This document shows positions 1 through 9,936 of a stretch of 64,000 bases of DNA, piece after piece (the stretch's first letter is position 1; every line of letters starts with the position of its first letter). The notes under the pieces were generated by a model that made no database searches, had not been told where the DNA came from, and was given only the letters and a program-made list of their open reading frames with translations. Made by a program: the position numbers and the translations under genes. The DNA is from an uncultured Spirochaetia bacterium (GTDB taxonomy: Bacteria > Oederibacteriota > PGYV01 > Palsa-1178), in contig CAYUDX010000011.1 of NCBI GenBank assembly GCA_964443355.1, forward strand, positions 34,823-98,822, written 5' to 3'.

Positions 1-1779
1 AAACGTTTTGTTACAATTGAGGCAAAAAATCCGGGCGCGGCCTCCTATGAATTGTTCAATATACCAACGATCGACATGTATTTTTTTGAGGCGGAGGCGC
101 CATTAAAAGAAGGCGACACCTCCGGATTTGACGGTATTGTATCCGCGGTATCGGCGGCATATTCCAATGTAAATAAACCCATTATTCTGGACCTGAAATA
201 TTCCGGTTCTCCGGCCGGTATTGGAAGGGCCGTTCCGGAAGCGGCGAAAATATTTTTTGGGTCCAGGGGATCCGTCATAATATACGACATCGCAGGCGGC
301 ACGATTGACGCGGCAGCGGCGGGCCCGGATGTTATTTCGGCCCTAAAGGAGTCGGCGGATTACGCTTCTTCAATGAAAGAGAGGATAATAGCGGCCTCAA
401 TAAAAAATATCAAGCCGAAGGCGGGCGTCGATTCCGTGGAAATTTCAATGGATACTGACGGCGATTACGACATTAAGGTGATGTACGGTGAAAAAATGCC
501 GCTTACGGATTTTACCGGACTAAAAGGCGCAAAAAAGGGTTTTAACATGCTGAAAGTCGCCGGCTTGAAACCGGAAACGAAATATATGTTCTCCGTAGCA
601 GTTTCGGGAAAGACGGCAGGAGGAATATCAAAGGCGGCGGAATTTACCACACTGAAAACACCGCAGCTTGCGGCCGTAAAATTCACAATGTCAAAGAATT
701 TTATAAGGGCCGTCGGGACCGACTTTTACGACGGCAGGAATGTTTACAAATATGTCGGCACGAATAATTACATAATGCGCAAATATTACATGGATAAGAC
801 GGATAAGGACAAGTACAGGCATATAATAGACGAGATATTTGAAGCTGCGGAAAAAGCCGGATTCAAGGTTATAAGGGTGGGTTCAAACGGAGAGGCGTAT
901 GATGAAGCTTCGTCGAACAAGGATGACGTCACCCACGATTTCAGGATAGGGCCGGAAAAATTCAACGAGATGGCGTACAGGTCCATAGATTACGTCCTTG
1001 ATTCCGCAAGAAGACATAATATCAGGGTAATCCTGCATTTTACCGATAACTGGGAATATTACGGAGGGGTGACCGTTTATGCCAAATGGGCCGGCGTCGC
1101 CAAGAACGACTTCTGGACAAATGAAACCTGCAAGAAATATTACAAACAAACAGTCGATGCTTTCGTAAAAAGGAAAAACACCGTTAACGGCGTTTTATAC
1201 AGGGACGATCCAGCGATATTCTGCTACGACCTCATGAACGAACCCAGGAACGAAGCGGATACATCCTCAAAGGTCATGAACGCCTGGGTCGCGGAAATGT
1301 CGGATTATATAAAGTCGCAGGACCCCAACCACATGGTCACCACAGGCATGGAAGGCTTCTTTTTGCAGGCCGACGGGACGCATTATTCCGGCACCGATTT
1401 TGTATTATCGCACCGGCCGGCATCGATAGATTTTTGCACTTTTCATATTTACCCGGCGGGCCAGTACACGCATTTTTCCCCTGGGACCACAAAATGGACC
1501 ATTGAGAATTTTATAAAGCAGGCGCATGAGACGGTAAAAAAACCGGTGGTAATGGAGGAATTCGGCATTCCCAACGGAGTTCCCGAATACCCGAAAGCGC
1601 AGTGGCTAGACGAAATGACGGGCGAGTTTTTTGCCGCAGGCGGAAACGGGGTCAACTACTGGATGCTTCTCGACCCGTCGTATACGCACGGCGACGGCAA
1701 CGAGGTTTATTACAACCAGACGCAATACATGAATATATTCGCCAAATACGCCAACGAAGTGAACAAAGACGGATATTAG
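1..1779 (+). CDS. Glycoside hydrolase family 5 (endo-β-1,4-mannanase/cellulase-like) with an N-terminal Fn3-like region. The 5' end is truncated by the window edge: the reading frame is open from position 1, and the first in-frame TTG/ATG lies at 52.
   Basis: GH5 catalytic acid motif LMNEPRNEAD and nucleophile region VVMEEFG; the overall (β/α)8 aromatic pattern (HFTDNWEYYGG, WMLLDP); no stop codon upstream in frame to position 1. Confidence 0.75.
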   Translation, partial: KRFVTIEAKNPGAASYELFNIPTIDMYFFEAEAPLKEGDTSGFDGIVSAVSAAYSNVNKPIILDLKYSGSPAGIGRAVPEAAKIFFGSRGSVIIYDIAGGTIDAAAAGPDVISALKESADYASSMKERIIAASIKNIKPKAGVDSVEISMDTDGDYDIKVMYGEKMPLTDFTGLKGAKKGFNMLKVAGLKPETKYMFSVAVSGKTAGGISKAAEFTTLKTPQLAAVKFTMSKNFIRAVGTDFYDGRNVYKYVGTNNYIMRKYYMDKTDKDKYRHIIDEIFEAAEKAGFKVIRVGSNGEAYDEASSNKDDVTHDFRIGPEKFNEMAYRSIDYVLDSARRHNIRVILHFTDNWEYYGGVTVYAKWAGVAKNDFWTNETCKKYYKQTVDAFVKRKNTVNGVLYRDDPAIFCYDLMNEPRNEADTSSKVMNAWVAEMSDYIKSQDPNHMVTTGMEGFFLQADGTHYSGTDFVLSHRPASIDFCTFHIYPAGQYTHFSPGTTKWTIENFIKQAHETVKKPVVMEEFGIPNGVPEYPKAQWLDEMTGEFFAAGGNGVNYWMLLDPSYTHGDGNEVYYNQTQYMNIFAKYANEVNKDGY

Positions 1780-1818
1780 GAATGCAAGATAAATGAAATA
1801 AACATTGTGGAGGTTCAT

Positions 1819-2460
1819 ATGAAAAGGATATTTACGCTGTTGATGATAATAGTTACGGTTATTGCCATTGTTTCGTGCGGCAAACTGAAGCAATACCCGG
1901 CAGGCCCGATTGAATCCGCCGCAGGCGGGCCTGACAATTCGACCTATCCGTTCGAATCGCAGGCTGATGTCAACATGTTTTCCCTTAGCGGCACCGGTTT
2001 TACAGCCCTTTCATATTCAACGGATGTGGCTTACGAAGGGACCGGATGCGTTAAACTTGATTGTAATTTTAACGCGCCTAATACGGCGCAGGGCAGGCTC
2101 GCAATCGGCAACGTCGTACTATCGACGCTTGTTGGCAAAACAATCACAGCCGCCATCTGGGTGCCGCTGGGTATGGATTCATACGGCGGCTTTTTCTATT
2201 TTCAGCTCGGCGCATCCGGAAATTACGCGTGGTATCAATCCCCGTGGATAAATATCAACCCGTCAAATGGAGCCGTTCCGGGAATATGGAACGTAATATC
2301 AGCCGATGTAAACAGCATGACACCGGCCAGCGGAAGCGGAACTGCTGGAACCATTGCCGATACAACGCAGACAATTACATGGGGCGTGGTAGTTGGACAG
2401 GGCTCAACGGCGCCGAATTACAAAGGTCCGATGTATATTGATTCCATTAATATTAAATAA
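1819..2460 (+). CDS. Secreted lipoprotein, β-sandwich / CBM-like (hypothetical)
   Basis: Signal peptide plus lipobox (MKRIFTLLMIIVTVIAIVSC); GGAGG ribosome-binding site 7 nt upstream; Gly/aromatic-rich β pattern; immediately downstream of the GH5 gene. Confidence 0.55.
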   Translation: MKRIFTLLMIIVTVIAIVSCGKLKQYPAGPIESAAGGPDNSTYPFESQADVNMFSLSGTGFTALSYSTDVAYEGTGCVKLDCNFNAPNTAQGRLAIGNVVLSTLVGKTITAAIWVPLGMDSYGGFFYFQLGASGNYAWYQSPWININPSNGAVPGIWNVISADVNSMTPASGSGTAGTIADTTQTITWGVVVGQGSTAPNYKGPMYIDSINIK

Positions 2461-2461
2461 A

Positions 2462-3061
2462 TTGGAGATTCTTTCCGCCGCAGACGAAAATTTTGGGGAA
2501 AATTCCTATCTTTTGCGCGAATACGGCAATATTTATATAATAGATCCGGGCTTTAATTCCGCCGAACTTAAAAGGATGATTTCCGGCTTTGACGGAAGGG
2601 TAAAGGCCATATTTTTGACCCACGGCCATTACGACCATATAGCTTCCATTGCTGATTTTCCGGATATTATCATATATGCACATTCGGAAGAAAAAAAATT
2701 GCTCGCGGATCCCGACCTGAACCTATCGTCATTTACAGGAGAAAAAATACGCGCCACAAATGTGACGTTTTATTCCGGCGATAGAAACGAGTTGGAGGGA
2801 TTCGGGATATATCATACTCCCGGACATACGCAGGGAAGCGTTGTCATAACACGCGAAAATTGTATTTTTTCCGGCGATACTCTGTTCGAGGATTCGGTCG
2901 GAAGGTCCGACCTGCCTACGGGAGACGGAGTAAAACTGAAGGAAACACTTAAGATATTTAAGTCATTTCATCCTGATTCGATGGTTTATCCGGGTCATGG
3001 CATGCCATTTTCATTAAAAGAAGCATTTCAATATAATTTTTTCTTAAGAAATATAAAATAA
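2462..3061 (+). CDS. Metallo-β-lactamase (MBL)-fold metallohydrolase (glyoxalase II-like)
   Basis: HxHxDH motif FLTHGHYDH, downstream HTPGHT and a C-terminal PGHG; start assigned to the in-frame TTG at 2462 so as not to overlap the upstream gene (the ORF track extends to 2393). Confidence 0.7.
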   Translation: MEILSAADENFGENSYLLREYGNIYIIDPGFNSAELKRMISGFDGRVKAIFLTHGHYDHIASIADFPDIIIYAHSEEKKLLADPDLNLSSFTGEKIRATNVTFYSGDRNELEGFGIYHTPGHTQGSVVITRENCIFSGDTLFEDSVGRSDLPTGDGVKLKETLKIFKSFHPDSMVYPGHGMPFSLKEAFQYNFFLRNIK

Positions 3062-3243
3062 GATCCTGTTTCCCGATAAAAACAAATCCGATTTAACCAT
3101 AACCATATAACACAAAAAATTAGACACTTATTTTGTAACATAAACAAAAACATACATTTATTTATAATCCGATAAACACCCATATTTATAAGGCGAATAA
3201 TTGTTTTTTGATGTGGTATATACAAGATGATATACTATAGCAC

Positions 3244-3272
3244 TTGACATATATATATAGTTGGAATATAAT
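3244..3272 (+). promoter_or_regulatory. Consensus σ70 promoter (TTGACA-N17-TATAAT) upstream of the 3304 ORF
   Basis: ttgaca at 3244-3249, a 17-nt spacer, tataat at 3267-3272, within an AT-rich intergenic region. Confidence 0.6.
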
Positions 3273-3303
3273 TTCTTGTATAGAACCATTAAGGAGCGTA
3301 AAA

Positions 3304-3612
3304 ATGGAGTGTGCAATTTTGAACAGGAATGATTTTCTGGAGGTAATCAGTACATGGAATTCCATTTATGTATCCAACTATATGCATTATGATATACAGC
3401 GCAGGGACGATTCTTCCAATGATTGGAAAAAAGGGCTCCTGAAGGTTGTTTCCGTTCTTGACGTGATCGATGACGTAAAAGGCACTCCGGTAGAGCTTCT
3501 GCTCAATAAAGCCATAAAAAATGCGAAACAAATGGATGATTCACGCATCCAATCCGTACACGAACTTCTTCATACGGTCGAAAAATATATGAATGAGGAA
3601 GCAAGCGTCTGA
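3304..3612 (+). CDS. Hypothetical protein (102 aa)
   Basis: AGGAG ribosome-binding site then ATG at 3304; no recognisable domain. Confidence 0.45.
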   Translation: MECAILNRNDFLEVISTWNSIYVSNYMHYDIQRRDDSSNDWKKGLLKVVSVLDVIDDVKGTPVELLLNKAIKNAKQMDDSRIQSVHELLHTVEKYMNEEASV

Positions 3613-3752
3613 CGGCCGGCCGGGGTTTTACGCATGATTCAGGATACTCTCCCATATAAAATCCCTTGATTTTAGCCCCATAAATGTTAAAATCCAATAA
3701 ATATAAATATTTTACAATCTATTTAATGTGAAAAAGTCACATGGGAGGATTT

Positions 3753-4652
3753 ATGCCGGTAGTTATCGTCGGCTCAATGGCTTTTGATACCATACATACG
3801 CCGGCCGCGAGCCGTGAAAGGGTCCTTGGAGGCGCGTGCGTGTATGCGTCCATAGCGTCGTCTTATTTCGACAGGACACATATAGTTGGGGTTGTGGGCG
3901 ATGATTTTACCGAAGATAATTTGAAGCTGTTAAAGGACCATAAAATAGACATCAAAGGGGTAAAAAAGACAGCCGGAAAGTCGTTTTTTTGGGAAGGCAG
4001 GTACAATGCCGACATGAAAACAAGGGATACGATAAAGACGGAGCTGAACGTTTTTGAGACCTTTAATCCGGAGTTGCCGGAATCTTTCAAATATGTCCCA
4101 TATCTTTTTCTTGCCAACATAGACCCCGAACTGCAGCTCAAGGTGCTCAATTCAATGCAAAAGCTGAAATTTTCAATGGTCGACACCATGAACCTCTGGA
4201 TATCCATCAAAAAAGAGAAGTTGACGGAGGTGTTCTCCAAGGTCGACTGCGTGGTAATGAACGACGAGGAAATAAGGCTTTTTACCGGAAAAGACAACAT
4301 ACTGCAGGGGGCCAAGGACATACAGGCCATAGGCCCAAGGTACGTGATAATAAAAAAGGGCGAACACGGGGCGGCGCTCGCGGCTGCCAACACATACTTC
4401 TCTCTGCCGTCATACCCGGTGGATAATGTGGTGGACCCCACTGGTGCAGGAGACTCTTTCGGCGGGGCTTTTATCGGTTACCTCTCAAAGGTCAACAAGA
4501 CGGACGTATCCGCGCTTAAAAAAGCCATAGCTTACGGCAACACGGTGGCTTCGTTCACGGTTGAGGATTTCTCGGTTGACAGGCTGAAGACCCTGTCGCG
4601 CAGGGACATCGACAGGAGAATGAAAAAGATAAAAAAAATGGTAAGGTTCTAG
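3753..4652 (+). CDS. PfkB-family carbohydrate/nucleoside kinase (ribokinase superfamily)
   Basis: PfkB signature 2 DPTGAGDSFGGAFIGYL; N-terminal Gly-rich MPVVIVGSMAFD; GGGAGG ribosome-binding site. Confidence 0.8.
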   Translation: MPVVIVGSMAFDTIHTPAASRERVLGGACVYASIASSYFDRTHIVGVVGDDFTEDNLKLLKDHKIDIKGVKKTAGKSFFWEGRYNADMKTRDTIKTELNVFETFNPELPESFKYVPYLFLANIDPELQLKVLNSMQKLKFSMVDTMNLWISIKKEKLTEVFSKVDCVVMNDEEIRLFTGKDNILQGAKDIQAIGPRYVIIKKGEHGAALAAANTYFSLPSYPVDNVVDPTGAGDSFGGAFIGYLSKVNKTDVSALKKAIAYGNTVASFTVEDFSVDRLKTLSRRDIDRRMKKIKKMVRF

Positions 4653-4667
4653 ACGGGGAGATAATAT

Positions 4668-5885
4668 ATGGAACTTGAAAAGCTTGAAGGCGATCTTTTG
4701 AGGACATTGCGGGACCTTGAAGGCGAGAAACTGAAAAATATTCCGCCATATGTTTTCGGCGTTGTGAAAAAGGAATGCGCGGCTTTAAGAAAAGCCGGAA
4801 GGGATATAATAGATTTTTCCATGGGGAATCCCGACGGCCCCACGCCGAGGCACATAGTCGACAAGCTTATCGAGGCGGCGCAGAACCCCAGGAACCACAG
4901 ATATTCCGCTTCAAGGGGGATATATAAGCTCAACCTCGCCGCAACGGATTATTATAAAAGGCGTTTCGGGGTCGAGCTTGACCCGGCAACGGAATGCATA
5001 ACAACAATCGGATCAAAAGAGGGGATATCGCACCTGATGTACGCCGTGATCAACAGGGGCGACAACGTCCTGGTGCCGACGCCGTGCTATCCGATACATT
5101 CGGTTGCCGTGACGCTGGCGGGAGGCAACGTAATATCGGTGCCCATAGTGAAAGGCGGGGATTTTTTTGAGGACATGGTAAAGGTTGTCGAAAACACATG
5201 GCCAAAACCGAAGATACTTATTCTCAATTACCCGCATAATCCGACGGCCGAGGTCGTGGCGCCGGGATTTTTTGAAAAGATCGTTGCGTTCGCGAAAAAG
5301 AACAATATAATAGTGCTTCACGACAACGCATACGCGGAATTATATTTCGACGGATACCTGCCGCCGAGCTTTTTGCAGGCTCCGGGGGCCAAGGACATCG
5401 GGGCCGAGTTTTATACGCTTTCAAAGACATACAACATGCCCGGCTGGAGGGTGGGTTTTCTTGTCGGCAACAAATATATCGTAAAGGCACTTGAAAAAAT
5501 AAAAAGTTACCTTGATTACGGCATGTTCCAGCCGATCCAGATAGCCGCGATACACGCCCTTAATTCAAGGGACGACTGCGTCGGGGACATACGTGAAATA
5601 TACAGGACAAGACGGGACCAGCTCGTCGACGGGCTCAACAAGATCGGATGGCCCGTGGACAGGCCCCTGGCCACGATGTTCGTCTGGGCGAAGATACCGG
5701 AAAAATTCAGCCACATGTCCTCGGCGGATTTTTCCATGAAACTTCTCAAGGAAGCGGACGTCGCGGTTTCCACCGGATCGGGTTTCGGGGTTGGCGGGGA
5801 AGGTTTTGTGCGTTTCTCGCTCATAGAGAACGAGCAAAGGACAAAACAGGCGCTCAGGAACATAAAGGAAATGATCGCAAAATAA
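4668..5885 (+). CDS. Class I/II PLP-dependent aminotransferase (alanine/aspartate aminotransferase family)
   Basis: PLP-lysine motif LSKTYNMPGWRVGF; NxAYxEL region HDNAYAELYF; fold-type I length. Confidence 0.8.
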   Translation: MELEKLEGDLLRTLRDLEGEKLKNIPPYVFGVVKKECAALRKAGRDIIDFSMGNPDGPTPRHIVDKLIEAAQNPRNHRYSASRGIYKLNLAATDYYKRRFGVELDPATECITTIGSKEGISHLMYAVINRGDNVLVPTPCYPIHSVAVTLAGGNVISVPIVKGGDFFEDMVKVVENTWPKPKILILNYPHNPTAEVVAPGFFEKIVAFAKKNNIIVLHDNAYAELYFDGYLPPSFLQAPGAKDIGAEFYTLSKTYNMPGWRVGFLVGNKYIVKALEKIKSYLDYGMFQPIQIAAIHALNSRDDCVGDIREIYRTRRDQLVDGLNKIGWPVDRPLATMFVWAKIPEKFSHMSSADFSMKLLKEADVAVSTGSGFGVGGEGFVRFSLIENEQRTKQALRNIKEMIAK

Positions 5886-5906
5886 CAAATTTTAACGGAG
5901 GATGAG

Positions 5907-7091
5907 ATGATAGCCGACAGACTAAAGAAAGTTTCGCCGTCTTTGACGCTTGCCATAGACGCGAAAGCCAAACAGATGATAAAAGACGGCGTGGATCTTG
6001 TCGGATTCGGGGCTGGCGAACCGGATTTTAACACCCCCGACAACATAAAAGAAGCCGGAATAAACGCTATAAAAGCCAACAAGACAAGATACACGCCGGC
6101 ATCAGGAATGGTGGAGCTAAAGACAGCGGTTTCCGAGAAATTCAGGAGGGACAACGGCCTTGAATACAGGCCATCCGACATCATCATTTCATGCGGCGCG
6201 AAACATTCACTTTACAATGTTTTTACTGCTATCATAAATCCGGGCGATGAGGTCATAATCTTTTCGCCTTACTGGGTTTCATACGAGGAACAGGTCAAGA
6301 TAGCGGACGGCATACCGGTATTCGTGGAACTTGACGAAGCGAGGAATTTTGAGATAGATTTCGACCTTTTAAGGTCAAAGATAAACAAAAAGACAAAAGC
6401 AATGCTCATTAATTCGCCGTCAAATCCAACCGGGGCGGTTTTATCCGAATCATCGCTGAAAAAACTTGCGGAGATAGCCCTGCAAAACAATATAATCATT
6501 GTTTCGGATGAAATATACGAGAAACTCATTTATAACGGAAAGAAACACATATCCATCGCCTCCTTTTCAAAAGAGGTGAAGGCGCGCACAATAACGGTCA
6601 ACGGGGTTTCAAAGGCCTACGCAATGACAGGCTGGAGGATAGGCTACCTGGCCGCGGATGACAGGGAAATAATTTCCGCTATAGACAACCTTCAATCGCA
6701 TTCGACGTCAAACCCGGCCACAATGACCCAGTTGGCTGCGATAGAGGCTTTAAAGACCCCTGAGAGCGTAATTGGGGGCATGGTAACGGAGTTTGACAGG
6801 AGAAGGAAGCACATTCTGGAAAGGGTCCGGGCCATAGCCGGGCTTACCGCGGTGGAACCCGAGGGCGCTTTTTATGTCTTCCCGAATTTCAGCGCATTAA
6901 AGGGAAAAACGATAAAAGGAAAGGCGATAAACGGCTCGCTGGACCTGGCCGACATGCTGCTAAACGAGGCGAAAGTAGCCGTGGTACCGGGCATAGCGTT
7001 CGGTTCCGACTCGCATTTCAGGATGTCATACGCAACGTCAATGCAGAACATAGACAAAGGACTCGACAGGATAGCGGAAGCTTTGAAATGA
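5907..7091 (+). CDS. Aspartate aminotransferase (class Ib, AspB-like)
   Basis: N-terminus MIADRLKKVSPSLTLAIDAKA..., FGAGEPDFNTP, PLP lysine VSKAYAMTGWRIGY. Confidence 0.8.
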   Translation: MIADRLKKVSPSLTLAIDAKAKQMIKDGVDLVGFGAGEPDFNTPDNIKEAGINAIKANKTRYTPASGMVELKTAVSEKFRRDNGLEYRPSDIIISCGAKHSLYNVFTAIINPGDEVIIFSPYWVSYEEQVKIADGIPVFVELDEARNFEIDFDLLRSKINKKTKAMLINSPSNPTGAVLSESSLKKLAEIALQNNIIIVSDEIYEKLIYNGKKHISIASFSKEVKARTITVNGVSKAYAMTGWRIGYLAADDREIISAIDNLQSHSTSNPATMTQLAAIEALKTPESVIGGMVTEFDRRRKHILERVRAIAGLTAVEPEGAFYVFPNFSALKGKTIKGKAINGSLDLADMLLNEAKVAVVPGIAFGSDSHFRMSYATSMQNIDKGLDRIAEALK

Positions 7092-7129
7092 TGCTTTTTA
7101 CCGGAAAATAAAATTTTCAAGGAGTTGAC

Positions 7130-7831
7130 ATGACAGAACCGATCTGGCTCAAGGAAGTAAAATGCCCGGCGTGCGACTCCACGTTCAAGACGCCCAGGGT
7201 AAAGCCTTCGGCTTTAAAAGTGAAATCAAGCGACCCTGATTTTCACAAGGTTTATGAGAATATAAATCCGCTGCTTTACGCGGTCACCACGTGCTCGCAG
7301 TGCAATTACAGCGCGCGCAACGACGAGTTCGACGAAAAAACGCTGGAATATCATCCCGAGATACTGAAGATCGCAAGGGCTATAAAGGAGACGGGCAAGA
7401 ACGTCAAATTCCCTGAAGGCAGGGAGATCGACGTTGAAACGGCTGTAAAAAAACACCTTCTCGCGGTTTTTTTTGCGAAACATTTCAAGCCCGAGGACCC
7501 TCTTACGATAGCCGGGCTTTATATGCATGTGGCCTGGATATACAGGGAACAGGGGGACGCGGCAAAGGACATCGAGCACCAGAAACTCGCCCTTGAATAT
7601 TACATCAAGACATTTGAAAAAGGCAGCCACATACCCGAAAAGATCGGCGAACCCGGCATAATCTATCTTATAGGCGAACTCAACAGGGTACTCGGAAATT
7701 ATAACGAAGCCGTGAACTGGTTCTCAAGGGTGGTAAAGCACGATCAAATAGGGAATTTTCCCAACATTGAGAACCTCGCGCGCGACGCGTGGGAAAAGAT
7801 CACCGAGGAAAAGCACAAAAGCAAGCAGTGA
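7130..7831 (+). CDS. DUF2225-like protein (zinc-ribbon plus helical domain)
   Basis: CPACDS...CSQCNYS Cys pairs at the N-terminus, as in DUF2225. Confidence 0.5.
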   Translation: MTEPIWLKEVKCPACDSTFKTPRVKPSALKVKSSDPDFHKVYENINPLLYAVTTCSQCNYSARNDEFDEKTLEYHPEILKIARAIKETGKNVKFPEGREIDVETAVKKHLLAVFFAKHFKPEDPLTIAGLYMHVAWIYREQGDAAKDIEHQKLALEYYIKTFEKGSHIPEKIGEPGIIYLIGELNRVLGNYNEAVNWFSRVVKHDQIGNFPNIENLARDAWEKITEEKHKSKQ

Positions 7832-7879
7832 TGATATTTTTTTAAGGTTTTGGACAGACTAAACTTCAGGGAGGTTGGA

Positions 7880-9091
7880 ATGAAAATAGCAATTGTAACG
7901 GACACATACAGGCCCAGGGTAAACGGAGTGGTCGCTTCGATAGACACTTTCGCGCATGAATACAGAAAGCTCGGGCATGAGGTGAAAATAATAGCCCCGG
8001 AATTTCCCGCGGACCAGAAGGATTTCAAGGACGCGGATAACGAGAAATACGTGATAAGGATAAAATCCCATTACCTGTTCTTCGACCCCGAGGACAGGCT
8101 GCCCGCGCCGTGGGAAGCCGCGGCCAAAAAAGTCATCAAAGAGGAGATAATCAACCATAAATTCGACATCATCCACACACAGACGCCGTTTACGCTCGGT
8201 ATTGAAGCAGTAAAATGGGCAAAACAGATGGACTGTCCGATCGTGCACACATACCATACGATGTTTGAGTCCTACGTGACCCATTACATTAAATTCCTGC
8301 CAAAGTCGTTCGCGTTATGGTTCTCCAAGGCTTTTTCCAAATGGTACTGCGATAAAATGAACCTGAACATAACGCCGTCGTCACAGATGCACGACCTGCT
8401 CGTGTCCTACAAGGTAAAGCCCCCGGTCGAGGTAAACCCCACCGGGATAAAGATAGAAAAATTCAAGACTTTCAACGGCAACGACTTCAGGAAAAAGAAC
8501 AACATACCGCTGGACACGGTCCTGTTCCTTTTTATGGGAAGGATAGGCCATGAGAAGAACATACCGTTCCTTTTTGACGTATTGAAAAAAGTAAAGGCCC
8601 TCATGCCCGGCAGGCAGGTCAAGCTCATGGTTGCGGGCAAAGGCCCGGCCGAGGATGCGGTAAAAGCCGCGGCAAAGGAAAAGGGCGTTGAGAACGACAT
8701 ACTCTGGTTCGGCTACTTTGAACCCCAGGACTGGGTCAATTGCTACGCGGCGGCAAATCTTTTTACATTCGCTTCCGTGACCGAGACGCAGGGTCTTGTC
8801 GTGACCGAGGCCATGGCGGTCGGGACCCCGGTGGTGGCCGTCGGGGAAATGGGCGTTGCAGAGGTGATGAAAGGCGACAAAGGCGGGATACTCGTGGACC
8901 TGAACGTGGACCATTTTGTCGATGCGGTGATGAAAATGCTCACCGACAGTCCGTTCTATGAAATGAAAAAGAACGAGGCCTTTGAATACGCAAAAGAATG
9001 GTCGGCGGAATCCATGGCCAAAAAGCTGCTTACCAAGTTTGAGAAAGTTATAGCGGATAAAAAGGCCGGAGTGAAAAATAATGCGGAATAA
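7880..9091 (+). CDS. GT4-family glycosyltransferase (glycolipid/polysaccharide synthesis)
   Basis: GT-B N-terminus MKIAIVTDTYRPRVNGV; the C-terminal EX7E-like region FASVTETQGLVVTEAMAVGTPVV; GGAGG ribosome-binding site. Confidence 0.75.
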   Translation: MKIAIVTDTYRPRVNGVVASIDTFAHEYRKLGHEVKIIAPEFPADQKDFKDADNEKYVIRIKSHYLFFDPEDRLPAPWEAAAKKVIKEEIINHKFDIIHTQTPFTLGIEAVKWAKQMDCPIVHTYHTMFESYVTHYIKFLPKSFALWFSKAFSKWYCDKMNLNITPSSQMHDLLVSYKVKPPVEVNPTGIKIEKFKTFNGNDFRKKNNIPLDTVLFLFMGRIGHEKNIPFLFDVLKKVKALMPGRQVKLMVAGKGPAEDAVKAAAKEKGVENDILWFGYFEPQDWVNCYAAANLFTFASVTETQGLVVTEAMAVGTPVVAVGEMGVAEVMKGDKGGILVDLNVDHFVDAVMKMLTDSPFYEMKKNEAFEYAKEWSAESMAKKLLTKFEKVIADKKAGVKNNAE

Positions 9092-9521
9092 AATTTTTGC
9101 GGCGGCAATCGCCCTGATAGTCGCGGCAACCGCGGGATGCGCCTCTTACAATGCCAAGAAAGTGAGATACATGGAGATCAGCGGCCGCGGATGCTACGTC
9201 TGCGAGAGAATGAACGGCGTAGTTGACGAAATATCCAGGGAATACGGCAACGAGGTGGATATTTCGACGTATGCCGAAACATCGGACACGGGAGCGGACC
9301 TTATAAAAAAATACAATATCACCAAATTTCCGTCCAACATAATGACGGATAACAAGGACAACGTTATTTTCAGGTATGACGGACTGCTTGACGTGACCGC
9401 CTTAAAGGAAATTTTAAGGACAAAAGGCATCGGGATCAAACCGAAGGATGTCACTGTTACGGCATCGCCCCTGGCCGCTCCGTCGGCTGTGACCTTTACA
9501 CCGGGGGCCGTCACAAAATGA
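9081..9521 (+). CDS. Thioredoxin-like lipoprotein (CxxC)
   Basis: Signal/lipobox AATAGC and redox motif CYVC; overlaps the GT4 stop. Confidence 0.55.
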   Translation: MRNKIFAAAIALIVAATAGCASYNAKKVRYMEISGRGCYVCERMNGVVDEISREYGNEVDISTYAETSDTGADLIKKYNITKFPSNIMTDNKDNVIFRYDGLLDVTALKEILRTKGIGIKPKDVTVTASPLAAPSAVTFTPGAVTK

Positions 9522-9871
9522 AGCGATCCATAGGGGTAATAATTGCGGCAATTGCAACAGCTTTTGTTATCGGTTGTACGCCCCAAAAAGAGGCGGCAAA
9601 GGTGACCATAACCGAATATTACCATCCGTCGTGTGAAACATGCATTTCCATGATGCCGGTTGTCGATGCCGTGCAGGCCGAATTCAAGGGCAGTGTGCTG
9701 ATTGTCAGGGTGAGCCTTGACACAAAAGAAGGCGCAAAAAAAGCCTCGGCATTATCCATTGCCACCATACCGATGTTCGTTTTTTCCGACTTTCAGGGCG
9801 TTGATTATTACCGCCATGACGGCAAAATGACGAAAGAAGAAATCGAAAATATTATCAGGATAAAATTGTAA
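9518..9871 (+). CDS. Thioredoxin-like lipoprotein (CxxC), paralog of the preceding gene
   Basis: Signal/lipobox FVIGC, motif CETC; ATGA overlap with the upstream paralog. Confidence 0.55.
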   Translation: MKRSIGVIIAAIATAFVIGCTPQKEAAKVTITEYYHPSCETCISMMPVVDAVQAEFKGSVLIVRVSLDTKEGAKKASALSIATIPMFVFSDFQGVDYYRHDGKMTKEEIENIIRIKL

Positions 9872-9936
9872 TAAATATTTTATATCCGTGTTTCACTTCC
9901 GGGTTTTTAATTTTAACTTTTAAATTGAGGTTCTCA

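Noticed and set aside
1602-1796. Arg-rich 64-aa ORF overlapping the 3' end of the GH5 gene
   Set aside because: It is an alternative frame of a well-supported CDS, with no start signal and a low-complexity basic translation.
8740-8961. RG-rich ORF and minus-strand ORFs inside the GT4 gene
   Set aside because: They are embedded in a gene with clear GT4 motifs. Their composition is typical of an out-of-frame translation of GC-rich codons.
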